Shown piece after piece: positions 31,555-41,681 of a DNA stretch of 64,000 nucleotides. The DNA is from Vulcanimicrobiota bacterium (lineage in GTDB: Bacteria; Vulcanimicrobiota; Vulcanimicrobiia; Vulcanimicrobiales; Vulcanimicrobiaceae). The translations under genes and the position numbers were made by a program. The notes below the pieces were generated by a model, which made no database searches, had not been told where the DNA came from, and worked only from the letters and a program-made list of their open reading frames with translations. The stretch is from NCBI GenBank assembly GCA_963723515.1, contig CAVRQT010000002.1, forward strand, positions 544,001-608,000. The letters are read 5' to 3'. Every line of letters begins with the position of its first letter. The stretch's first letter is position 1.

Positions 31555-31988
31555 GTTCGTGCTCCTTCGAGGGTTGCAAAATGCACCGACGCGACGCCCG
31601 CTTCGGCCAACAAGTTCATCGCGATCGCATCGGGATACGGCGTCTCGTAGACGATTTTCAGTACGCCGACGCTGATCAGCAATTTGCTGCAACCAAGGCA
31701 CGGCTGGTGCGTGCAGTACGCCGTCGAGCCGGCGAGGCCGACGCCGTGGAGCGCGCCTTGCACGATGGCATTCGCCTCCGCATGCGTCGTGCGTACGCAA
31801 TGGTCGTTGACGACGATGCAGCCGACTTCCGTGCAATGGGCAACGTGGCGCGGCGAACCGTTGTAGCCGGTCGTTAGAATGCGATGATCGCGCACGATGA
31901 CACAACCGACTGCAGCGCGTGGACATGTCGCGCGCGTTCCGACGGTGCGCGCGATCTCCATGAAATATTCATCCCATCCAGGACGCAT
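31551..31988 (-). CDS. dCMP deaminase (ComEB family)
   Basis: RPGWDEYFM, TGYNG, HAEANA, PCLGC. Confidence 0.93.
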   Translation of the reverse strand: MRPGWDEYFMEIARTVGTRATCPRAAVGCVIVRDHRILTTGYNGSPRHVAHCTEVGCIVVNDHCVRTTHAEANAIVQGALHGVGLAGSTAYCTHQPCLGCSKLLISVGVLKIVYETPYPDAIAMNLLAEAGVASVHFATLEGART

Positions 31989-32058
31989 CGGTTTAACTAT
32001 TGCGTCGCGCTGCGCGCAACGCCTGGCGCTCCAGCCAAACTAAGCCAAGCTGGCCCCG

Positions 32059-33306
32059 CTACGGTACGTCAAAGCGCGCCGTCAGCTCGCGGACGCGACC
32101 GCGCAGAGCCTGAACCTTTGTCCCCGTTTCGATGTCGGAAAGCCCTTCGATAATGATGCGCGCCACTTCACGCGACTCTTCGATGCCGAAGCCGCGGGTG
32201 GTGATGGCCGGCGTGCCGATCCGGATGCCGCTTGCGACCATCGGCTTCTGTTGATCGTATGGGATTGCGTTCTTGTTTACCGTGATGCTGATGCGGTCCA
32301 GATACTCCTCGACGGCTTTACCCGTCAGATTTTTCACCGACAGATCGACCAGCAACAGATGCGTGTCCGTGCCGCCGCCGACCAAACGCAGGCCGCCGCG
32401 CATGAATTCTTCGCCGATGGTGCGCGCGTTGTCGACGACAGCTTGCTGATATGCCTTAAAATCCGGCTGCATCGCCTCGCCGAATGCGACCGCTTTGGCA
32501 GCAATCATATGCATGAACGGCCCACCCTGAATTCCGGGAAAGACACTCTTGTCGATCGCCTGCGCCCACTTTTGCGTGCACAGAATCAGACCGCCGCGCG
32601 GTCCACGCAGCGTTTTGTGCGTTGTGGACGTGACGAAATCCGCGAACGGAACTGGCGAAGGATGCAGTCCAACGGCAACAAGGCCGGCGATGTGTGCCAT
32701 ATCGACCATGAGCGTCGCGCCGATCTCATCGGCGATCTGACGGAAGGGGGCATACTCCATAGTTCGCGGATAGGCGCTCGCACCGGCGATAATCATCTTC
32801 GGCTTGTGCTCGCGCGCGAGCTTGCGAACTTCATCGAAGTCGATCAGCTCGTTGTCGCGTCGAACGCCGTATGCAATCGCGTGGTAGAGCTTGCCGCTGA
32901 AACTGACTTTTGTGCCGTGCGTTAAATGGCCGCCATGCGCGAGCGACATGCCGAGCACCGTATCGCCGGGCTGTAGATGCGCCATGAAGACCGCCATGTT
33001 GGCTTGCGCGCCGGCGTGCGGCTGAACGTTTGCGTGTTCAGCTGCGAAGATTTCTTTGAGGCGTTCGATCGCCAAGCGCTCGGCGACGTCAACGTATTCG
33101 CAACCACCGTAATAGCGCCGACCGGGATAGCCCTCGGCGTATTTGTCGGTCATGACGGAGCCCATCGCTTCACGCACCGCGCGACTCGAGTAGTTTTCGG
33201 AAGCGATCAACTCAAGGTTCTCACGTTGCCGCCGCTGCTCGCCTACGATCGCGGCGTAAACATCAGGATCGCTGCTTTCTAAGTCGGTGCGCTCAAGAGT
33301 TTCCAT
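32059..33306 (-). CDS. glyA: Serine hydroxymethyltransferase
   Basis: [35 protein letters not shown]. Confidence 0.98.
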   Translation of the reverse strand: METLERTDLESSDPDVYAAIVGEQRRQRENLELIASENYSSRAVREAMGSVMTDKYAEGYPGRRYYGGCEYVDVAERLAIERLKEIFAAEHANVQPHAGAQANMAVFMAHLQPGDTVLGMSLAHGGHLTHGTKVSFSGKLYHAIAYGVRRDNELIDFDEVRKLAREHKPKMIIAGASAYPRTMEYAPFRQIADEIGATLMVDMAHIAGLVAVGLHPSPVPFADFVTSTTHKTLRGPRGGLILCTQKWAQAIDKSVFPGIQGGPFMHMIAAKAVAFGEAMQPDFKAYQQAVVDNARTIGEEFMRGGLRLVGGGTDTHLLLVDLSVKNLTGKAVEEYLDRISITVNKNAIPYDQQKPMVASGIRIGTPAITTRGFGIEESREVARIIIEGLSDIETGTKVQALRGRVRELTARFDVP

Positions 33307-33312
33307 GAGATG

Positions 33313-33609
33313 TTAGCTCCTTGGCGACAAGCTCCGTTGCGGCTGGCTCAAAAACGTTACGGCGAGTCCGAACCAGCCGAGGTCCAGAGCACCGAACCGC
33401 CATGAGTAATCCTTGAACATGGCAATCATCGCAGCAATTAAAATCATCATGTTTACTGTCATGATAGTGCCGAGCAGCGCGCCGGGCATCCTAATGAATG
33501 GCGCTCCGTTTTGGCGCCACTGAACGAATCTAAATGCGGTGGCACCGAACAAACCGATTACAGCGCAAAACCGGCCCGCATCGAACCAGGGCTCAGGGAT
33601 GAACGACAA
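33313..33609 (-). CDS. Hypothetical small membrane protein
   Basis: Three hydrophobic segments; fills the rpiB-glyA gap. Confidence 0.5.
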   Translation of the reverse strand: MSFIPEPWFDAGRFCAVIGLFGATAFRFVQWRQNGAPFIRMPGALLGTIMTVNMMILIAAMIAMFKDYSWRFGALDLGWFGLAVTFLSQPQRSLSPRS

Positions 33610-33663
33610 AATGGCGCCAGCAGAGTGCGAAAACCAGCGTAAACCATCCGAGAGCTTCGATTA

Positions 33664-34182
33664 TCACGTCGGCAAGAGATCTTTCGGAGTTTCGGCGCCC
33701 GTCACTTTGCCCGTTTCAAGTGCCTTCAGCGTGCGGTTTTTCCACGTTTGCGTGTACTCGAAAAGTTTGTCGACGCGTTCGCGATGCCGTCCCTCGTCGA
33801 ACGGCGTTTCAAGAAAGATCTGCAAGAGCCGCTCGACCATCTCCCAACCCGTCAACCGTTCCGAAAGCGCCAGCACGTTCGCGTCATTGTGCCGGCGCGC
33901 AAGTTCTGCGGAATACGGTTCGGTAACCGGCGCGCACCGCACGCCCGGCACTTTGTTCGCCGCCATCGCGATTCCGAGACTCGAGCCGCAAACAACGATT
34001 CCACGATCCGCTTGTCCGCTGGCGACCGCTTCACCGACCGCATAGCCGTAGTCCGGATAATCAACCGGCGTGGAATCCCACGTTCCAAAATCGGTAATCG
34101 TGTGCCCTTGATCGCGCAGAATTTTGACGATGCTATCCTTATATTCATATCCGGCGTGATCGGCGGCGAGTGCAATTCTCAA
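33664..34182 (-). CDS. rpiB: Ribose 5-phosphate isomerase B
   Basis: ADHAG, VDYPD, CGSSLG, ANKVPGVR, HNDANVL, GRHRERV. Confidence 0.95.
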   Translation of the reverse strand: MRIALAADHAGYEYKDSIVKILRDQGHTITDFGTWDSTPVDYPDYGYAVGEAVASGQADRGIVVCGSSLGIAMAANKVPGVRCAPVTEPYSAELARRHNDANVLALSERLTGWEMVERLLQIFLETPFDEGRHRERVDKLFEYTQTWKNRTLKALETGKVTGAETPKDLLPT

Positions 34183-34223
34183 GCGAAGGGCTCTCCTTTG
34201 AGCGGTCGAAACCCGGTGCGCCT

Positions 34224-34967
34224 ATGAAGCTGGCTTGCGCAAGCACGTCGTTCGCTCGAGCGTTTCAAAACGGTGACTTGACGCAACTCGAATGGCTCGA
34301 TTGGTGTTCGCGCGAGCTCGTTGACGGCGTGGTTTGCGATATAGAGCATTTTCCCCGATTCGATAGTGACTACCTCGCCCAAGTCAAGAAGGTGGCCGCC
34401 GACTGCGGGCTGACGGTTGCGGCGGTATGGTCACGTGATTTCTTTTCACGCGATGCAAGCGCAATGCAATCGGCGCTGCAGTTGGCCGATACGATCGGCG
34501 CGCCGCTGCTGAGCGCGCCAATGCAAAGTGAGGTGCAAACGTCGTGGCCGCAAGCAATGCAGCGCGTTAGCGTCGCGGTGCGTCTTGCAAAAACAACGAA
34601 CATCACGCTTGCAGCGCGTAATCAAGCGAATACGCTCGTCGCAGGCGGTCACGAGCTCAAGCGTCTCTCGAAGGAAGCCGACAGTGCATGGCTTCGCTAC
34701 GCCCTCGAAGTTGATGCGTTGGATGTGGCAAGCGAGCCGCGCGATTTGTTGGAAAAGACCGTGATGCTCTGGCACGTCCATGAGGCCGCGGAAATCGACA
34801 GCGACGAGTTTCCGAAAACAAGACGCACCCTCGATCTCGCCGATCGTTTCCACGGCTTTCTCACGATCGACATTGCAGGCGGCGCCGCGGATGCCGCGAC
34901 GATGCGTAATGCGCTGCGCAAATGGCGGACGCTGATCGCCGAAGATCTCTTAGGGGAAGGTCTCTAA
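34224..34967 (+). CDS. Sugar phosphate isomerase/epimerase-like TIM-barrel protein (degenerate)
   Basis: MKLACASTSF...LEWLD...YLAQVKK...GLTV pattern of the xylose isomerase-like family; metal ligands not obvious. Confidence 0.65.
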   Translation: MKLACASTSFARAFQNGDLTQLEWLDWCSRELVDGVVCDIEHFPRFDSDYLAQVKKVAADCGLTVAAVWSRDFFSRDASAMQSALQLADTIGAPLLSAPMQSEVQTSWPQAMQRVSVAVRLAKTTNITLAARNQANTLVAGGHELKRLSKEADSAWLRYALEVDALDVASEPRDLLEKTVMLWHVHEAAEIDSDEFPKTRRTLDLADRFHGFLTIDIAGGAADAATMRNALRKWRTLIAEDLLGEGL

Positions 34968-34991
34968 GAGACCCCATCTGGGGTTCTTAAT

Positions 34992-35172
34992 AAAAAGCAC
35001 CGACCGCACGTAGCGTCTGCCGTGCTTGGTTTGAACCTGCTTTCTCGCAGGTGGGTGCGGCCCGGGCGCCAGGTTGCGCAATGCACTCCTGTCGTTACCG
35101 GAGCTGATGCTCCCTAAGGGTCTCTCTGGGTCCAAGACCGTGCACGGTGCGCGCTATGCGCAGTCGATGCTT
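34992..35172 (-). ncRNA. ssrS: 6S RNA (probable)
   Basis: About 181-nt rod. 5' aagcatcgactgcgcatagcg pairs with 3' cgctacgtgcggtcggtgctt; ccgtgc/gcacgg; ttggacc/ggttcaa; central bubble closed by gggagc/gcaccc; 3' bubble acctgc-gagaaa-gcaggt; ends in a U-run; TGnTACCTT just upstream. Confidence 0.75.
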
Positions 35173-35257
35173 CCAAGGTACCACCTCAGTCAAGCCGTTC
35201 GCACCGCCAGCGCGACTGTGCCGTTGCCCAGAAGCGCTTACGACGTGAAAGGCGTTC

Positions 35258-35716
35258 GTGCGCATCTTTCATGGAACGCTCGACGTTAGCGCTCGCGGCA
35301 ACGCCGCTTACGTTGAGGCACGGCGCTATCTGTGCCGCGATCCGCTCGCACGGTCGCTCTTTTCAAAACTCGAGCATGCACCGCATCACCTGCATCTGCG
35401 GCTGAACTCCCGCGACGACGATTCCTACGATGCGAATACGCGCACGATCCATTGGGATCCGCACAGCGCGCTGCGTACGACGAGCGGTGGCCGACAATCG
35501 CCGGCGCTTGGATTGGGACATGAAGCGGATCACGCGACCGTTGCAACCGCGATTCGAGACGCCGATGTCGTGCGGCGTCTTCCCGCGTACGACAATCTAG
35601 AAGAGCGGCGCGTCATTTTGGGCAGCGAGCGTCACGCCGCGCATACGCTGCATGAAGCCGTACGATATGACCATCGTGGACGCTGTTATCGCGTAGCAAC
35701 GCCGACGAGCCGTTAA
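35258..35716 (+). CDS. Putative zinc metallopeptidase (HExxH, M91/zincin-like)
   Basis: TIHWDP...SPALGLGHEADHA...NLEERRVI. Confidence 0.65.
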   Translation: MRIFHGTLDVSARGNAAYVEARRYLCRDPLARSLFSKLEHAPHHLHLRLNSRDDDSYDANTRTIHWDPHSALRTTSGGRQSPALGLGHEADHATVATAIRDADVVRRLPAYDNLEERRVILGSERHAAHTLHEAVRYDHRGRCYRVATPTSR

Positions 35717-35751
35717 AGCCGAGGAGCAAACCGAGTCGCCTGGAAACCGCG

Positions 35752-35914
35752 AGTGTGCCGTCCCGTGAGTCTGTTGCCCTTATCCGCTCCCGATTTTTTT
35801 GCGAATCGAGGCGCGAGGAAGGCGCAACGCCGAAGCGTTGTGACTGAGGAGCAACGATGAAGCGCGACAAAAGCGGGGCGGAGAAGGGTGACGTGACTCA
35901 CGGGGCGGCGCACT
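35752..35914 (+). repeat. 163-nt palindromic structured element
   Basis: 35752-35797 pairs with 35869-35914 (G-U on plus); inner gcaacgc-cgaa-gcgttgt hairpin flanked by two GAGGA motifs. Confidence 0.8.
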
Positions 35915-35915
35915 A

Positions 35916-36930
35916 GTGCTGGCGCTGCGGTTAAACGAACTCGAATTGCCTCTCGTCCATCCCTTTAAGATCGCGCGAAGCGAAGAATCGGTCGCGCGCA
36001 CCGTTGTCTTCCGGGTGAACTGGCACGGTACCGAAGGCCTCGGTGAATCGGCCCCGACGCAGCGGTATGCAGAATCGTTTGCGTCGATCTCACTGTGGTA
36101 CGAAAAAAATGCGCTTCGCGCCGACACTCCGTACCGGCTCGAGACGCTGCTCGCTGGGATTCCGCCGGCGGCGCGCTGCGGCCTCGACATCGCCCTGCAC
36201 GATCTGATCGGAAGAGACACCGGCAAGCCGCTCTACGAGTTATTAGGACTGGATCCTGAAAATACGCCGGTGACATCGTTCACCGTCGGAATTGCTGATA
36301 AAGAAGTTACACTTCTAAAGGTCGCGCGAGATCGGCAACCATCCCGTTATGAAGCTCAAACTCGGTCTTGGAACGGCGCAAGAGCAAATCGAGACCGTCG
36401 AGTTGGTACGCTCGCGCTACAACGGAACGATGCGCATCGACGCAAACGAGGCATGGACGCCGGAGAGCGCCGTAGCGATTCTTAAAGCGCTGGAACGATT
36501 CGAGATCGAGTTTTGCGAGCAGCCCATCCCCGCCGGCAGTCCCGAAAAATTGCGCTACATCAAAGAGCGTGTACGAATTCCGATCGTTACGGATGAGGAT
36601 TCGAAAGACGCTTCGGATTTGCCGGCGCTCTATCGCTGCGTTGACGGCATCAACGTCAAGCTCGTCAAGTGCGGGGGCATTCGCGCCGGTCTGGCAATGA
36701 TTCATACAGCGCGCGCGATGGGATTCAAAATCATGCTCGGATGCATGGTCGAAAGCGCGATTCTCTCCACCGCGGCGGCGCATCTTTCGCCGCTCGTCGA
36801 TTGGGCCGACATCGATGGGCCGTTCTTGACCGCGCACGATCCATTCGCCGGCGTCACCTATGACAACGGAAAGTTGGTGTTGCCCAACGGTCCGGGGCTC
36901 GGAGTCCATGAACTTAGCCCCGTCGCCTGA
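35916..36930 (+). CDS. Dipeptide (L-Ala-D/L-Glu) epimerase / DgcA-like enolase-superfamily enzyme (frameshift near 36330)
   Basis: GLGESAP, LDIALHDL, KLKLG, RIDANEAW, EQP, DED, NVKLVKCGG, DIDG. Confidence 0.9.
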
Positions 36931-37988
36931 GAAGCGGCGCTACTTAATTCTAGCCCCGGGCGAGTTCGCGACGAGCGCAAAAACCGCGCACGGCATCATT
37001 CGCTACGGCCATGATGAAACGGTCGCGGTCGTCGATCCCGACAACGCCGGGAAAACCGTGCGGGAGGTGCTGCCGTATCTGAACAGCGACGCACCGATCG
37101 TTGCAGATGTAGAAAGCGGCCTCAGATACAATCCGACATCGCTCTTAATCGGCGTCGCTCCCGTCGGCGGTGCGCTTCCACAGACGTGGCGCAGCGAAAT
37201 CCTCAAGGCGCTCGACGGCAAAGCTCGAAATCGTCAGCGGTTTGCACGAACTGCTGGGCGAGGATCCGGAATTTTCCGCCGCCGCAAAAATAAGCGGCAG
37301 CCGCATCTGGGACGTGCGAGTGCCGCCGCCGGTACCGCTTTTCTCCGGTGCGGCATACGACGTCGCTCCGCCGATCCTGCTCACGGTCGGCAGCGATTGC
37401 GCCGTCGGCAAGCTCACTGTTTCGCTTGAAATCGTGCGCGCGGCTTGCGAGCATGGCGTGCGCGCGACGCTCGCACCAACGGGACAAACCGGAATCATGA
37501 TTGCCGGCTGGGGCATCTGCATCGATCGCGTCATTTCGGACTTTGCTCCGGGGGCTGCGGAAATGCTCGTTTTAGAAGCGGCCAAAGCAGAGCGAGCTTA
37601 TCGTCGTGGAAGGCCAGGGCGGCATCAACCATCCGGCGTATGCGCCGGTCACCTTGGCGTTGCTCTACGGCGCGGCACCGGACGCGCTGCTCTTGGTCGA
37701 TGATCCGATGCGTAAAACGCTCGAAGGCGGCTTTCCCGACGCCGCGGCTTCCTTGGGACAACTTGATCGAACTGTACGAATCATTGACCGCGGCGGTTAA
37801 GCCGGCCAAAGTCGTCGGCATCGCGCTCAATACCTTTCGCATGTCATCGCACGAAGCGCGCAAAGAAATCGAGCGCGCGCGGGCGGAAACGTCGCTGCCT
37901 GTCGACGACGTCGTTCGCAACGGGCCACACGCGCCTTTACGAAGCAATCGCACCTCACCTCAAAAAGCAGCGGCGATTGGTCGCGTGA
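36908..37988 (+). CDS. DUF1611 domain protein (DgcN-like) (several apparent frameshifts)
   Basis: AKTAHGIIRY, IGVAPVGG, VSGLHE, VGSDCAVGK, TGQTGIMI, VEGQG...HPAY. Confidence 0.88.
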
Positions 37989-39660
37989 CTTCACGCAGTC
38001 TGCGCATGCTTGCAGTTTGCGCCGTTCTGGCGCTTGGTCGCGCCTGCACGAAAGCATACACGCCGCAAAAGAACGGCGCCGGATTGAATCCCTGGACACT
38101 TCCTGGAACGTTGCGCATCGGGATTCCGGACGAGCCCGACAACCTCAATCCGATGTTCGCACATACGGCCGAGACCGATGAAGTCGATCAGCTGATCTTT
38201 GCGCCGCTCTTTCGCTATGACGATCGCGGCGAGTTCTATCCTGAACTGGCGATCGTCGTGCCAAGTTACCGCAACGGCGGCATCAGTGCGGATGGACGCG
38301 ACGATAACGATCCACATCCGGCATGGCGTGAAGTGGGCGGACGGCGCGCCGTTGACGGCGCGCGACTTTCGCTTCATGTATCGTGCCGTCATGAACAACG
38401 CGAACAATACGAAGCTTCGCTTCGGATGGGACAACGTCGCCTCGCTAAGGTTGCCGGACGACTACACGATCGTCGTGCGTCTCAAAGCGCCGAATGCCGA
38501 TTTTCTCGGCAATCTCGCAAGCGGTGGAGCGGCGTATCCGCCGCTGCCCGAGCATCTACTGGCGAAGCTGGCGGACCTTAACCATGCGGCCTTCAACAGC
38601 TCGCCGCTTTCGAGCGGGCCGTGGATCCTGCAGACGTGGAATCACGGCAGCTCGCTCGAGTTCGTTCCAAATCGCAACTACTGGCGTGGGCCGCCGAAAC
38701 TCACCCACCTAACGTTGCGAGTGCTTCCGAATGCCGATACGCAACTCGCGCAACTTCAGACCCACGAAATCGACGTGTATCCCGGCGTCAACGAAGATCA
38801 GATCGATCGCGTCAAGAGTATTCCGGGCATCATCGCGCAGCAGCGTCTGGTCGCAAACTGGCGGCACGTCGCTTTCAATACGCGCCGGCCGCAGCTCTCA
38901 GATGCTCGCGTGCGCTTAGCGATCGCCGAGGCGGTCGATTGGGACCGCATTCTCTCGACGATTTACCACGGCGTCAATATCCGCGCCCACTCGGATGTCT
39001 ATCCGAAAGTCATGGGCCGCACCGACGATTCGCGCTCTACAAATACGATCCGAACGATGCGCGCCAGCTCTTGAGCGCGGCCGGTTGGAAGATGGGCAGC
39101 GACGGCGTCTTGCATAAAGGTCCCGTCGCGATGCGCGTAACGCTTTCCGCAACAACCGCAACGCATGCCAACGAACAGACCGAAGTGCAAATTCAGCAGG
39201 ATCTCAAGCCGCTCGGCATCGCGATCGAAATCAAGAATTATCCGACGAGTCTGATGTTCGCGCAAAGCGGTCCACTCTATACCGGCAATTACGATATGGA
39301 GTGGTCGATCGATACGAATGGACCGGATCCCGACAACGAAGGACTATGGAGCGGCCGCTTCATTCCACCGAAAGGCGCGAACACGAGCTGGATCAACGAT
39401 CCGGTGATCAACGAAGCGTCGCATGCGGCGATTTTGACCTACGACCGCGCCAAGCGCAAAGCGCTCTATCAAAAGGAAGAAGATCGTATTCACGAGCTCG
39501 TCCCCGCAATCTTCATCTATTGGGAGAACCAGTACAACGCTTGGAACAGCGATCTGCGCAACTACAAACCGGCGCCGTTCATCGCGAACAACTGGAACTC
39601 GTGGCAGTGGCAACTGGGGCCTCGGCACCGCTCAGGACAAGCGCTAGATCGCACTAACGG
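37985..39660 (+). CDS. Peptide ABC transporter substrate-binding protein (OppA-like), frameshifted; end approximate
   Basis: EPDNLNP, GVKWADGAPLTARDF, SSGPW, VRLAIAEAVD, R..LYQ.EE..HELVP. Confidence 0.88.
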
Positions 39661-40509
39661 TCGCCGGCGCGTCGTCCGAAGGCGCAACGCTCTATTGCGA
39701 GCCAGCCCGCGAAGCGATCGTCAGTTGGAATACGCGCACGCCAAACGGTGAACTGTACGTGCAACTGTTGCGGGCGCATCAGCCCGACGGCTCATGGCTG
39801 CCGCATGCGCATTGGTCGCCAAGCGGCCGTCACTCCTTTAGCGCGAAAGACGGCGACACCGTCATTGAGACAGACGTCTTACGCACGCAACGTCCGTTCG
39901 ACGGCGTGCGCGTTCAGGCAAAGGACGTACAATTCGACCGCATCGCGCTCGCGACGCCGGCGCGTAACACGCGATCGGCGCAAACGAACCCGAGCCGCAA
40001 TCGAGCTCGATGTGCCGCCCCGCACGCAGTACGTCAACGAAGAGCGCGGCTGGTGCAGTCCCGCAAGCCTCTCGATGGTGCACGCCTTTTTCGGCCACGA
40101 TTTCGACGTTGCAAGCACGGCACGCGCGATTTTCGATTACGCCTACAACGGCACGGGCAACTGGGCATTCAACGTCGCCTTCAGCGGCGAGCTCGGCTTG
40201 CAAGCGGTCGTGGCATATCTGGACGATCTCGACCATGCACGGCGCTTCTTGGAACGCGGCGTGCCGGTCATTATGTCATACAGTTGGCGCGCGGGTGAAT
40301 TGCCGGGCGCGCCGATCGAACACTCTGACGGGCACATCGCCGTCTTACGCGGCTTCGACACTGAAGGAAATTGCTTGATCAACGATCCTGCGCATCCCAA
40401 AGTGCGCGTGACCTATCCGCGCGAAGCGATCGAACGGATTTGGCAGCGCAACAAGGGCGTCTCGTACATCGTCGCACCGCCGGCGACTTCTCTCGTATCC
40501 CTCTTCTAA
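39640..40509 (+). CDS. Peptidase C39-like protein (frameshift near 39990; start approximate)
   Basis: SWNTRTP N-domain; WCSPASLSM (Cys), GTGNWAFN, DGHI (His), INDP (Asp). Confidence 0.82.
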
Positions 40510-40512
40510 GCC

Positions 40513-40988
40513 GTGACGGCGCCGCTGCACATCGTCCTTGTCGAGCCGCAAATTCCGCCCAATACCGGCAACGTCGCCCGGCTCTGCGCGGCGACCGGCT
40601 GCGCGCTGCACCTGGTTGAACCGCTTGGGTTTCGCATTGACGATCGAGAACTCAAGCGCGCCGGATTGGACTATTGGGAAAGCGTGGACCTGCGATTGCA
40701 TGCATCGCTTGAAGAATTCATGAGCATCACGCGATCAAGATCGGCGCTGGTTCTTCTCAACGCGCGGCAAGCGGCGTTACGACAACGCGCGAGTACGGCG
40801 TCGGCGACTTCCTGATCTTCGGAAAGGAGACGACGGGGCTGCCGCAAGAGCTCTTGGTGCGCAACGATGCGCATGCGATGCGCATTCCGATGCGCGGTAG
40901 GGCGGTGCGCAGCTTGAATCTCTCGACGGCAGTCGGAATCGTCGCCTATGCTGCGCTTGCGCAACTGGAATTTCCAAATCTGACCTGA
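40513..40988 (+). CDS. trmL: tRNA (cytidine(34)-2'-O)-methyltransferase (frameshifted near 40740-40800)
   Basis: HIVLVEPQIPPNTGN, LKRAGLDYW, FGKETTGLP, RIPM...RSLNLS. Confidence 0.92.
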
Positions 40989-41681
40989 TGCTCGAGCAGA
41001 TCAACAAGCGCGTCATTCGCTGCACGACGCTGCCCCGAGTTGCGAACGTACTGCGCCGAGATCGCGCGCGAGAAGAAACTCGCATTTCGCGATTGGACGT
41101 ACTGGGGCAAACCGGTACCGTCGTTCGGTGATGCCCGCGCGCGGCTGCTGCTCGTCGGCCTTGCGCCGGGCGCCCATGGGTCAAACCGAACAGGGCGGCC
41201 GTTTACCGGCGACGGCTCGGGCGGTTTTCTTTATCCAGCGCTTTTCCGCGCCGGCTTTGCAAATCAGCCGCTGGCGACTTCGCGCGACGACGACTTGGAG
41301 CTCTTGGATTGCGTGATCACGGCGGCGGTGCGTTGTGCGCCGCCGGGCAACAAGCCGACGCCGCAGCAGCTGCGCAACTGCGCCCCATATTTACGGTCGG
41401 AATTTGAAGCGCTCGAGCGCTTGCGGGTGATCGTCGCGCTTGGCGCGATTGCATTGCGAGCGACGATTGCGATGCTTCGGGACGCTTCTTTTACAATCGC
41501 ACCGCAGCACCCGCGATTCGCTCACGGCTCGGAATGCGTCGCGACACGCGACGGATCGAGCATTACCGTCATTGCCTCATTTCACCCGAGCCGCCAAAAC
41601 ACGAATACCGGAAAACTGACCGTTAAGATGTTCGACGACGTCTTCGCGCGCGCTAACGCTCTTTTGGCGCGTCGAGCTTAA
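40988..41681 (+). CDS. Uracil-DNA glycosylase family 5 (UdgB-like; frameshift near 41025)
   Basis: YWGKPVPSFGD, GLAPGAHGSNRTGRPFTGD, RCAPPGNKP, HPSRQNT. Confidence 0.92.
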
